Shown: positions 15,001-27,230, counted from the stretch's first letter. The stretch is DNA of 64,000 nt from Balanoglossus misakiensis (GCA_040954595.2 CM082596.2:1207854-1271853), one strand, 5' to 3'. The notes: a model not told the origin generated them from the sequence alone. Numbers and translations: made by a program.

Positions 15001-18000
15001 ATGGGTTATAGCTCAGGAAAATCGCGAAAAATCGACCATTTTTCGACTTTGGGAATTTTCGAAATTTGGTGATTTTTTCATAAAAATCATGGGTTATAGC
15101 TCAGGAAAATCGCGAAAAATCGACCATTTTTCGACTTTGGGAATTTTCGAAATTTGGTGATTTTTTGATAAAAATCATGGGTTATAGCTCAGGAAAATCG
15201 CGAAAAATCGACCATTTTTCGACTTTGGGAATTTTCGAAATTTGGTGATTTTTTGATAAAAAGCATGGGTTATAGCTCAGGAAAATCGCGAAAAATCGAC
15301 CATTTTTCGACTTTGGGAATTTTCGAAATTTGGTGATTTTTTGATAAAAATCATGGGTTATAGCTCAGGAAAATCGCGAAAAATCGACCATTTTTCGACT
15401 TTGGGAATTTTCGAAATTTGGTGATTTTTTGATAAAAATCATGGGTTATAGCTCAGGAAAATCGCGAAAAATCGACCATTTTTCGACTTTGGGAATTTTC
15501 GAAATTTGGTGATTTTTTCATAAAAAGCATGGGTTATAGCTCAGGAAAATCGCGAAAAATCGACCATTTTTCGACTTTGGGAATTTTCGAAATTTGGTGA
15601 TTTTTTGATAAAAATCATGGGTTATAGCTCAGGAAAATCGCGAAAAATCGACCATTTTTCGACTTTGGGAATTTTCGAAATTTGGTGATTTTTTGATAAA
15701 AATCATGGGTTATAGCTCAGGAAAATCGCGAAAAATCGACCATTTTTCGACTTTGGGAATTTTCGAAATTTGGTGATTTTTTGATAAAAATCATGGGTTA
15801 TAGCTCAGGAAAATCGCGAAAAATCGACCATTTTTCGACTTTGGGAATTTTCGAAATTTGGTGATTTTTTGATAAAAATCATGGGTTATAGCTCAGGAAA
15901 ATCGCGAAAAATCGACCATTTTTCGACTTTGGGAATTTTCGAAATTTGGTGATTTTTTCATAAAAACCATGGGTTATAGCTCAGGAAAATCGCGAAAAAT
16001 CGACCATTTTTCGACTTTGGGAATTTTCGAAATTTGGTGATTTTTTGATAAAAAGCATGGGTTATAGCTCAGGAAAATCGCGAAAAATCGACCATTTTTC
16101 GACTTTGGGAATTTTCGAAATTTGGTGATTTTTTGATAAAAATCATGGGTTATAGCTCAGGAAAATCGCGAAAAATCGACCATTTTTCGACTTTGGGAAT
16201 TTTCGAAATTTGGTGATTTTTTGATAAAAATCATGGGTTATAGCTCAGGAAAATCGCGAAAAATCGACCATTTTTCGACTTTGGGAATTTTCGAAATTTG
16301 GTGATTTTTTGATAAAAATCATGGGTTATAGCTCAGGAAAATCGCGAAAAATCGACCATTTTTCGACTTTGGGAATTTTCGAAATTTGGTGATTTTTTGA
16401 TAAAAATCATGGGTTATAGCTCAGGAAAATCGCGAAAAATCGACCATTTTTCGACTTTGGGAATTTTCGAAATTTGGTGATTTTTTGATAAAAATCATGG
16501 GTTATAGCTCAGGAAAATCGCGAAAAATCGACCATTTTTCGACTTTGGGAATTTTCGAAATTTGGTGATTTTTTGATAAAAATCATGGGTTATAGCTCAG
16601 GAAAATCGCGAAAAATCGACCATTTTTCGACTTTGGGAATTTTCGAAATTTGGTGATTTTTTGATAAAAATCATGGGTTATAGCTCAGGAAAATCGCGAA
16701 AAATCGACCATTTTTCGACTTTGGGAATTTTCGAAATTTGGTGATTTTTTGATAAAAATCATGGGTTATAGCTCAGGAAAATCGCGAAAAATCGACCATT
16801 TTTCGACTTTGGGAATTTTCGAAATTTGGTGATTTTTTGATAAAAATCATGGGTTATAGCTCAGGAAAATCGCGAAAAATCGACCATTTTTCGACTTTGG
16901 GAATTTTCGAAATTTGGTGATTTTTTGATAAAAATCATGGGTTATAGCTCAGGAAAATCGCGAAAAATCGACCATTTTTCGACTTTGGGAATTTTCGAAA
17001 TTTGGTGATTTTTTGATAAAAATCATGGGTTATAGCTCAGGAAAATCGCGAAAAATCGACCATTTTTCGACTTTGGGAATTTTCGAAATTTGGTGATTTT
17101 TTCATAAAAACCATGGGTTATAGCTCAGGAAAATCGCGAAAAATCGACCATTTTTCGACTTTGGGAATTTTCGAAATTTGGTGATTTTTTGATAAAAAGC
17201 ATGGGTTATAGCTCAGGAAAATCGCGAAAAATCGACCATTTTTCGACTTTGGGAATTTTCGAAATTTGGTGATTTTTTGATAAAAATCATGGGTTATAGC
17301 TCAGGAAAATCGCGAAAAATCGACCATTTTTCGACTTTGGGAATTTTCGAAATTTGGTGATTTTTTGATAAAAATCATGGGTTATAGCTCAGGAAAATCG
17401 CGAAAAATCGACCATTTTTCGACGTTGGGAATTTTCGAAATTTGGTGATTTTTTGATAAAAATCATGGGTTATAGCTCAGGAAAATCGCGAAAAATCGAC
17501 CATTTTTCGACTTTGGGAATTTTCGAAATTTGGTGATTTTTTGATAAAAATCATGGGTTATAGCTCAGGAAAATCGCGAAAAATCGACCATTTTTCGACG
17601 TTGGGAATTTTCGAAATTTGGTGATTTTTTGATAAAAATCATGGGTTATAGCTCAGGAAAATCGCGAAAAATCGACCATTTTTCGACTTTGGGAATTTTC
17701 GAAATTTGGTGATTTTTTGATAAAAATCATGGGTTATAGCTCAGGAAAATCGCGAAAAATCGACCATTTTTCGACTTTGGGAATTTTCGAAATTTGGTGA
17801 TTTTTTGATAAAAATCATGGGTTATAGCTCAGGAAAATCGCGAAAAATCGACCATTTTTCGACTTTGGGAATTTTCGAAATTTGGTGATTTTTTCATAAA
17901 AACCATGGGTTATAGCTCAGGAAAATCGCGAAAAATCGACCATTTTTCGACTTTGGGAATTTTCGAAATTTGGTGATTTTTTGATAAAAATCATGGGTTA

Positions 18001-21000
18001 TAGCTCAGGAAAATCGCGAAAAATCGACCATTTTTCGACTTTGGGAATTTTCGAAATTTGGTGATTTTTTGATAAAAATCATGGGTTATAGCTCAGGAAA
18101 ATCGCGAAAAATCGACCATTTTTCGACTTTGGGAATTTTCGAAATTTGGTGATTTTTTCATAAAAAGCATGGGTTATAGCTCAGGAAAATCGCGAAAAAT
18201 CGACCATTTTTCGACTTTGGGAATTTTCGAAATTTGGTGATTTTTTGATAAAAAGCATGGGTTATAGCTCAGGAAAATCGCGAAAAATCGACCATTTTTC
18301 GACTTTGGGAATTTTCGAAATTTGGTGATTTTTTGATAAAAAGCATGGGTTATAGCTCAGGAAAATCGCGAAAAATCGACCATTTTTCGACTTTGGGAAT
18401 TTTCGAAATTTGGTGATTTTTTCATAAAAATCATGGGTTATAGCTCAGGAAAATCGCGAAAAATCGACCATTTTTCGACTTTGGGAATTTTCGAAATTTG
18501 GTGATTTTTTCATAAAAATCATGGGTTATAGCTCAGGAAAATCGCGAAAAATCGACCATTTTTCGACTTTGGGAATTTTCGAAATTTGGTGATTTTTTGA
18601 TAAAAATCATGGGTTATAGCTCAGGAAAATCGCGAAAAATCGACCATTTTTCGACTTTGGGAATTTTCGAAATTTGGTGATTTTTTGATAAAAATCATGG
18701 GTTATAGCTCAGGAAAATCGCGAAAAATCGACCATTTTTCGACTTTGGGAATTTTCGAAATTTGGTGATTTTTTGATAAAAATCATGGGTTATAGCTCAG
18801 GAAAATCGCGAAAAATCGACCATTTTTCGACTTTGGGAATTTTCGAAATTTGGTGATTTTTTGATAAAAATCATGGGTTATAGCTCAGGAAAATCGCGAA
18901 AAATCGACCATTTTTCGACTTTGGGAATTTTCGAAATTTGGTGATTTTTTCATAAAAAGCATGGGTTATAGCTCAGGAAAATCGCGAAAAATCGACCATT
19001 TTTCGACTTTGGGAATTTTCGAAATTTGGTGATTTTTTGATAAAAATCATGGGTTATAGCTCAGGAAAATCGCGAAAAATCGACCATTTTTCGACTTTGG
19101 GAATTTTCGAAATTTGGTGATTTTTTGATAAAAAGCATGGGTTATAGCTCAGGAAAATCGCGAAAAATCGACCATTTTTCGACTTTGGGAATTTTCGAAA
19201 TTTGGTGATTTTTTGATAAAAAGCATGGGTTATAGCTCAGGAAAATCGCGAAAAATCGACCATTTTTCGACTTTGGGAATTTTCGAAATTTGGTGATTTT
19301 TTCATAAAAATCATGGGTTATAGCTCAGGAAAATCGCGAAAAATCGACCATTTTTCGACTTTGGGAATTTTCGAAATTTGGTGATTTTTTCATAAAAATC
19401 ATGGGTTATAGCTCAGGAAAATCGCGAAAAATCGACCATTTTTCGACTTTGGGAATTTTCGAAATTTGGTGATTTTTTCATAAAAATCATGGGTTATAGC
19501 TCAGGAAAATCGCGAAAAATCGACCATTTTTCGACTTTGGGAATTTTCGAAATTTGGTGATTTTTTCATAAAAATCATGGGTTATAGCTCAGGAAAATCG
19601 CGAAAAATCGACCATTTTTCGACTTTGGGAATTTTCGAAATTTGGTGATTTTTTGATAAAAATCATGGGTTATAGCTCAGGAAAATCGCGAAAAATCGAC
19701 CATTTTTCGACTTTGGGAATTTTCGAAATTTGGTGATTTTTTGATAAAAATCATGGGTTATAGCTCAGGAAAATCGCGAAAAATCGACCATTTTTCGACT
19801 TTGGGAATTTTCGAAATTTGGTGATTTTTTGATAAAAATCATGGGTTATAGCTCAGGAAAATCGCGAAAAATCGACCATTTTTCGACGTTGGGAATTTTC
19901 GAAATTTGGTGATTTTTTGATAAAAATCATGGGTTATAGCTCAGGAAAATCGCGAAAAATCGACCATTTTTCGACTTTGGGAATTTTCGAAATTTGGTGA
20001 TTTTTTGATAAAAATCATGGGTTATAGCTCAGGAAAATCGCGAAAAATCGACCATTTTTCGACTTTGGGAATTTTCGAAATTTGGTGATTTTTTGATAAA
20101 AATCATGGGTTATAGCTCAGGAAAATCGCGAAAAATCGACCATTTTTCGACTTTGGGAATTTTCGAAATTTGGTGATTTTTTGATAAAAATCATGGGTTA
20201 TAGCTCAGGAAAATCGCGAAAAATCGACCATTTTTCGACTTTGGGAATTTTCGAAATTTGGTGATTTTTTGATAAAAATCATGGGTTATAGCTCAGGAAA
20301 ATCGCGAAAAATCGACCATTTTTCGACTTTGGGAATTTTCGAAATTTGGTGATTTTTTCATAAAAAGCATGGGTTATAGCTCAGGAAAATCGCGAAAAAT
20401 CGACCATTTTTCGACTTTGGGAATTTTCGAAATTTGGTGATTTTTTGATAAAAATCATGGGTTATAGCTCAGGAAAATCGCGAAAAATCGACCATTTTTC
20501 GACTTTGGGAATTTTCGAAATTTGGTGATTTTTTGATAAAAATCATGGGTTATAGCTCAGGAAAATCGCGAAAAATCGACCATTTTTCGACTTTGGGAAT
20601 TTTCGAAATTTGGTGATTTTTTGATAAAAATCATGGGTTATAGCTCAGGAAAATCGCGAAAAATCGACCATTTTTCGACTTTGGGAATTTTCGAAATTTG
20701 GTGATTTTTTGATAAAAATCATGGGTTATAGCTCAGGAAAATCGCGAAAAATCGACCATTTTTCGACTTTGGGAATTTTCGAAATTTGGTGATTTTTTGA
20801 TAAAAATCATGGGTTATAGCTCAGGAAAATCGCGAAAAATCGACCATTTTTCGACTTTGGGAATTTTCGAAATTTGGTGATTTTTTGATAAAAATCATGG
20901 GTTATAGCTCAGGAAAATCGCGAAAAATCGACCATTTTTCGACTTTGGGAATTTTCGAAATTTGGTGATTTTTTGATAAAAATCATGGGTTATAGCTCAG

Positions 21001-24000
21001 GAAAATCGCGAAAAATCGACCATTTTTCGACTTTGGGAATTTTCGAAATTTGGTGATTTTTTGATAAAAATCATGGGTTATAGCTCAGGAAAATCGCGAA
21101 AAATCGACCATTTTTCGACTTTGGGAATTTTCGAAATTTGGTGATTTTTTGATAAAAATCATGGGTTATAGCTCAGGAAAATCGCGAAAAATCGACCATT
21201 TTTCGACTTTGGGAATTTTCGAAATTTGGTGATTTTTTGATAAAAATCATGGGTTATAGCTCAGGAAAATCGCGAAAAATCGACCATTTTTCGACTTTGG
21301 GAATTTTCGAAATTTGGTGATTTTTTGATAAAAATCATGGGTTATAGCTCAGGAAAATCGCGAAAAATCGACCATTTTTCGACTTTGGGAATTTTCGAAA
21401 TTTGGTGATTTTTTGATAAAAATCATGGGTTATAGCTCAGGAAAATCGCGAAAAATCGACCATTTTTCGACTTTGGGAATTTTCGAAATTTGGTGATTTT
21501 TTGATAAAAATCATGGGTTATAGCTCAGGAAAATCGCGAAAAATCGACCATTTTTCGACTTTGGGAATTTTCGAAATTTGGTGATTTTTTGATAAAAATC
21601 ATGGGTTATAGCTCAGGAAAATCGCGAAAAATCGACCATTTTTCGACTTTGGGAATTTTCGAAATTTGGTGATTTTTTGATAAAAATCATGGGTTATAGC
21701 TCAGGAAAATCGCGAAAAATCGACCATTTTTCGACTTTGGGAATTTTCGAAATTTGGTGATTTTTTGATAAAAAGCATGGGTTATAGCTCAGGAAAATCG
21801 CGAAAAATCGACCATTTTTCGACTTTGGGAATTTTCGAAATTTGGTGATTTTTTTGATAAAAAGCATGGGTTATAGCTCAGGAAAATCGCGAAAAATCGA
21901 CCATTTTTCGACTTTGGGAATTTTCGAAATTTGGTGATTTTTTGATAAAAAGCATGGGTTATAGCTCAGGAAAATCGCGAAAAATCGACCATTTTTCGAC
22001 TTTGGGAATTTTCGAAATTTGGTGATTTTTTCATAAAAAGCATGGGTTATAGCTCAGGAAAATCGCGAAAAATCGACCATTTTTCGACTTTGGGAATTTT
22101 CGAAATTTGGTGATTTTTTCATAAAAATCATGGGTTATAGCTCAGGAAAATCGCGAAAAATCGACCATTTTTCGACTTTGGGAATTTTCGAAATTTGGTG
22201 ATTTTTTCATAAAAATCATGGGTTATAGCTCAGGAAAATCGCGAAAAATCGACCATTTTTCGACTTTGGGAATTTTCGAAATTTGGTGATTTTTTTATAA
22301 AAACCATGGGTTATAGCTCAGGAAAATCGCGAAAAATCGACCATTTTTCGACTTTGGGAATTTTCGAAATTTGGTGATTTTTTCATAAAAACCATGGGTT
22401 ATAGCTCAGGAAAATCGCGAAAAATCGACCATTTTTCGACTTTGGGAATTTTCGAAATTTGGTGATTTTTTGATAAAAATCATGGGTTATAGCTCAGGAA
22501 AATCGCGAAAAATCGACCATTTTTCGACTTTGGGAATTTTCGAAATTTGGTGATTTTTTGATAAAAATCATGGGTTATAGCTCAGGAAAATCGCGAAAAA
22601 TCGACCATTTTTCGACTTTGGGAATTTTCGAAATTTGGTGATTTTTTCATAAAAACCATGGGTTATAGCTCAGGAAAATCGCGAAAAATCGACCATTTTT
22701 CGACTTTGGGAATTTTCGAAATTTGGTGATTTTTTGATAAAAATCATGGGTTATAGCTCAGGAAAATCGCGAAAAATCGACCATTTTTCGACTTTGGGAA
22801 TTTTCGAAATTTGGTGATTTTTTGATAAAAAGCATGGGTTATAGCTCAGGAAAATCGCGAAAAATCGACCATTTTTCGACTTTGGGAATTTTCGAAATTT
22901 GGTGATTTTTTGATAAAAAGCATGGGTTATAGCTCAGGAAAATCGCGAAAAATCGACCATTTTTCGACTTTGGGAATTTTCGAAATTTGGTGATTTTTTG
23001 ATAAAAATCATGGGTTATAGCTCAGGAAAATCGCGAAAAATCGACCATTTTTCGACTTTGGGAATTTTCGAAATTTGGTGATTTTTTGATAAAAATCATG
23101 GGTTATAGCTCAGGAAAATCGCGAAAAATCGACCATTTTTCGACTTTGGGAATTTTCGAAATTTGGTGATTTTTTGATAAAAATCATGGGTTATAGCTCA
23201 GGAAAATCGCGAAAAATCGACCATTTTTCGACTTTGGGAATTTTCGAAATTTGGTGATTTTTTGATAAAAATCATGGGTTATAGCTCAGGAAAATCGCGA
23301 AAAATCGACCATTTTTCGACTTTGGGAATTTTCGAAATTTGGTGATTTTTTGATAAAAAGCATGGGTTATAGCTCAGGAAAATCGCGAAAAATCGACCAT
23401 TTTTCGACTTTGGGAATTTTCGAAATTTGGTGATTTTTTGATAAAAAGCATGGGTTATAGCTCAGGAAAATCGCGAAAAATCGACCATTTTTCGACTTTG
23501 GGAATTTTCGAAATTTGGTGATTTTTTGATAAAAACCATGGGTTATAGCTCAGGAAAATCGCGAAAAATCGACCATTTTTCGACTTTGGGAATTTTCGAA
23601 ATTTGGTGATTTTTTGATAAAAAGCATGGGTTATAGCTCAGGAAAATCGCGAAAAATCGACCATTTTTCGACTTTGGGAATTTTCGAAATTTGGTGATTT
23701 TTTCATAAAAATCATGGGTTATAGCTCAGGAAAATCGCGAAAAATCGACCATTTTTCGACTTTGGGAATTTTCGAAATTTGGTGATTTTTTCATAAAAAT
23801 CATGGGTTATAGCTCAGGAAAATCGCGAAAAATCGACCATTTTTCGACTTTGGGAATTTTCGAAATTTGGTGATTTTTTGATAAAAATCATGGATTATAG
23901 CTCAGGAAAATCGCGAAAAATCGACCATTTTTCGACTTTGGGAATTTTCGAAATTTGGTGATTTTTTCATAAAAATCATGGGTTATAGCTCAGGAAAATC

Positions 24001-25900
24001 GCGAAAAATCGACCATTTTTCGACTTTGGGAATTTTCGAAATTTGGTGATTTTTTCATAAAAATCATGGGTTATAGCTCAGGAAAATCGCGAAAAATCGA
24101 CCATTTTTCGACTTTGGGAATTTTCGAAATTTGGTGATTTTTTCATAAAAATCATGGGTTATAGCTCAGGAAAATCGCGAAAAATCGACCATTTTTCGAC
24201 TTTGGGAATTTTCGAAATTTGGTGATTTTTTCATAAAAATCATGGGTTATAGCTCAGGAAAATCGCGAAAAATCGACCATTTTTCGACTTTGGGAATTTT
24301 CGAAATTTGGTGATTTTTTCATAAAAACCATGGGTTATAGCTCAGGAAAATCGCGAAAAATCGACCATTTTTCGACTTTGGGAATTTTCGAAATTTGGTG
24401 ATTTTTTCATAAAAATCATGGGTTATAGCTCAGGAAAATCGCGAAAAATCGACCATTTTTCGACTTTGGGAATTTTCGAAATTTGGTGATTTTTTGATAA
24501 AAATCATGGGTTATAGCTCAGGAAAATCGCGAAAAATCGACCATTTTTCGACTTTGGGAATTTTCGAAATTTGGTGATTTTTTGATAAAAATCATGGGTT
24601 ATAGCTCAGGAAAATCGCGAAAAATCGACCATTTTTCGACTTTGGGAATTTTCGAAATTTGGTGATTTTTTGATAAAAATCATGGGTTATAGCTCAGGAA
24701 AATCGCGAAAAATCGACCATTTTTCGACTTTGGGAATTTTCGAAATTTGGTGATTTTTTGATAAAAATCATGGGTTATAGCTCAGGAAAATCGCGAAAAA
24801 TCGACCATTTTTCGACTTTGGGAATTTTCGAAATTTGGTGATTTTTTGATAAAAATCATGGGTTATAGCTCAGGAAAATCGCGAAAAATCGACCATTTTT
24901 CGACTTTGGGAATTTTCGAAATTTGGTGATTTTTTGATAAAAAGCATGGGTTATAGCTCAGGAAAATCGCGAAAAATCGACCATTTTTCGACTTTGGGAA
25001 TTTTCGAAATTTGGTGATTTTTTCATAAAAATCATGGGTTATAGCTCAGGAAAATCGCGAAAAATCGACCATTTTTCGACTTTGGGAATTTTCGAAATTT
25101 GGTGATTTTTTCATAAAAATCATGGGTTATAGCTCAGGAAAATCGCGAAAAATCGACCATTTTTCGACTTTGGGAATTTTCGAAATTTGGTGATTTTTTG
25201 ATAAAAATCATGGGTTATAGCTCAGGAAAATCGCGAAAAATCGACCATTTTTCGACTTTGGGAATTTTCGAAATTTGGTGATTTTTTGATAAAAATCATG
25301 GGTTATAGCTCAGGAAAATCGCGAAAAATCGACCATTTTTCGACTTTGGGAATTTTCGAAATTTGGTGATTTTTTCATAAAAACCATGGGTTATAGCTCA
25401 GGAAAATCGCGAAAAATCGACCATTTTTCGACTTTGGGAATTTTCGAAATTTGGTGATTTTTTGATAAAAATCATGGGTTATAGCTCAGGAAAATCGCGA
25501 AAAATCGACCATTTTTCGACTTTGGGAATTTTCGAAATTTGGTGATTTTTTGATAAAAATCATGGGTTATAGCTCAGGAAAATCGCGAAAAATCGACCAT
25601 TTTTCGACTTTGGGAATTTTCGAAATTTGGTGATTTTTTGATAAAAATCATGGGTTATAGCTCAGGAAAATCGCGAAAAATCGACCATTTTTCGACTTTG
25701 GGAATTTTCGAAATTTGGTGATTTTTTGATAAAAAGCATGGGTTATAGCTCAGGAAAATCGCGAAAAATCGACCATTTTTCGACTTTGGGAATTTTCGAA
25801 ATTTGGTGATTTTTTGATAAAAACCATGGGTTATAGCTCAGGAAAATCGCGAAAAATCGACCATTTTTCGACTTTGGGAATTTTCGAAATTTGGTGATTT
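1..25900 (+). repeat. 88-bp tandem satellite array, ~294 near-identical copies, truncated by the left window edge
   Basis: Monomer TAGCTCAGGAAAATCGCGAAAAATCGACCATTTTTCGACTTTGGGAATTTTCGAAATTTGGTGATTTTTT(G/C)ATAAAAA(T/G/C)CATGGGTTA; consecutive starts at 14041 and 14129 (88 bp); line pattern recurs every 1320 bp (15 x 88). Confidence 0.99.
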
Positions 25901-26806
25901 TTGATGATTTTCCTGAGCTATAACCCATGATTTTTTCAAAAATCGGCCAAATTTCGAGTTTTGGAAAAGTCGAAAATTCGTCGATTTTTGATGATTTTCC
26001 TGAGCTATAACCCATGATTTTTTCAAAAATCGGCCAAATTTCGAGTTTTGGAAAAGTCGAAAATTCGTCGATTTTTGATGATTTTCCTGAGCTATAACCC
26101 ATGATTTTTTCAAAAATCGGCCAAATTTCGAGTTTTGGAAAAGTCGAAAATTCGTCGATTTTTGATGATTTTCCTGAGCTATAACCCATGATTTTTTTCA
26201 AAAATCGGCCAAATTTCGAGTTTTGGAAAAGTCGAAAATTCGTCGATTTTTGATGATTTTCCTGAGCTATAACCCATGATTTTTTCAAAAATCGGCCAAA
26301 TTTCGAGTTTTGGAAAAGTCGAAAAATCGTCGATTTTTGATGATTTTCCTGAGCTATAACCCATGATTTTTTCAAAAATCGGCCAAATTTCGAGTTTTGG
26401 AAAAGTCGAAAATTCGTCGATTTTTGATGATTTTCCTGAGCTATAACCCATGATTTTTTCAAAAATCGGCCAAATTTCGAGTTTTGGAAAAGTCGAAAAA
26501 TCGTCGATTTTTGATGATTTTCCTGAGCTATAACCCATGATTTTTTCAAAAATCGGCCAAATTTCGAAAATTCGCAAAGTCGAAAAATCCTCGATTTTTG
26601 AAGATTTTCCTGAGCTATAACCCATGGTTTTTTCAAAAAATGACCAAATTTCGAAAATTCGCAAAGTCGAAAAATCCTCGATTTTTGAAGATTTTCCTGA
26701 GCTATAACCCATGGTTTTTTCAAAAAATGACCAAATTTCGAAAATTCACAAAGTCGAAAAATCCTCGATTTTTGAAGATTTTCCTGAGCTATAACCCATG
26801 GTTTTT
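25896..26806 (-). repeat. Inverted block of ~11 diverged 87-bp monomers of the same satellite family (two subtypes)
   Basis: TCCTGAGCTATAACCCATG (reverse complement of the array core) at 25911, 25998, 26085, 26172, 26260, 26347, 26434, 26521, 26608, 26695, 26782; subtype changes at ~26560. Confidence 0.97.
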
Positions 26807-26856
26807 TCCTGAGCTATAACCCATGAAAATTTTTCATGAGCTGTAACATATGAAAA
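26779..26856 (-). repeat. Terminal cluster of core-motif copies without the rest of the monomer
   Basis: Core at 26782 (last full monomer) and again at 26807 (25-bp spacing), plus degenerate TTTTCATGAGCTGTAACATATG at ~26831-26852. Confidence 0.85.
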
Positions 26857-26972
26857 ATATCCAAAAATGACAAAATCACTTAAGTTCGTTGAGAACTGCT
26901 AACTTGGAACTTGTATATAAATATTACACCCTATGTGACACAACAACAAAAAGATCAAAACTCAATGAGAAA

Positions 26973-27043
26973 GACAGTGGCGGGTTTAGAACCCCAGTCC
27001 TCCAATCATTAGTCCAAACCCTTATCCACTGACCCACAGTGAT
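26973..27043 (-). pseudogene. Degenerate tRNA-derived segment (tRNA pseudogene or SINE-like head) with Pol III A- and B-box-like motifs
   Basis: Minus strand ATCACTGTGGGTCAGTGGATAAGGGTTTGGACTAATGATTGGAGGACTGGGGTTCTAAACCCGCCACTGTC (71 nt): A-box-like TGGGTCAGTGG, tRNA-Arg-like D-loop TGGATAAG, anticodon-loop-like CTAATGA, B-box-like GGTTCTAAACC at tRNA spacing. Stems are partly broken, so not a functional tRNA. Confidence 0.6.
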
Positions 27044-27114
27044 TGACGAAGTGTAATACCCCAAAAGTATTATATGTTGATCAAATTCATAAAATTTAAA
27101 AAAAAATAAGTATG

Positions 27115-27167
27115 GCTCGGTCTCATTATAGTCAGTACTGTTAAAACTAACTATAATGAGACCGAGC
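27115..27167. repeat. Perfect 18-bp inverted repeat (hairpin) with 17-nt spacer
   Basis: GCTCGGTCTCATTATAGT (27115-27132) is the exact reverse complement of ACTATAATGAGACCGAGC (27150-27167). Confidence 0.92.
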
Positions 27168-27224
27168 ATAATTTCGATCAATAATTTCCACTGCAAAATT
27201 ATCATTATTACTTGTATTTCATTA

Positions 27225-27230
27225 TTTATT
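27225..27230 (-). terminator. Candidate distal polyadenylation signal of the tensin 3' UTR
   Basis: AATAAA on the minus strand ~2.05 kb past the stop codon; more proximal AATAAA candidates exist near 28810, 28875 and 29000. Confidence 0.35.

Noticed and set aside
1-25900. CRISPR array or telomeric repeat
   Set aside because: No unique spacers and no cas genes, the context is eukaryotic, and the unit is not a short G-rich telomere repeat.
25743-26819. 326-aa and 177-aa repetitive ORFs over the inverted block
   Set aside because: They are open only because 87 is a multiple of 3. They have no recognisable domain, change repeat frame at a one-base indel near 26195, and the longest runs across the inversion.
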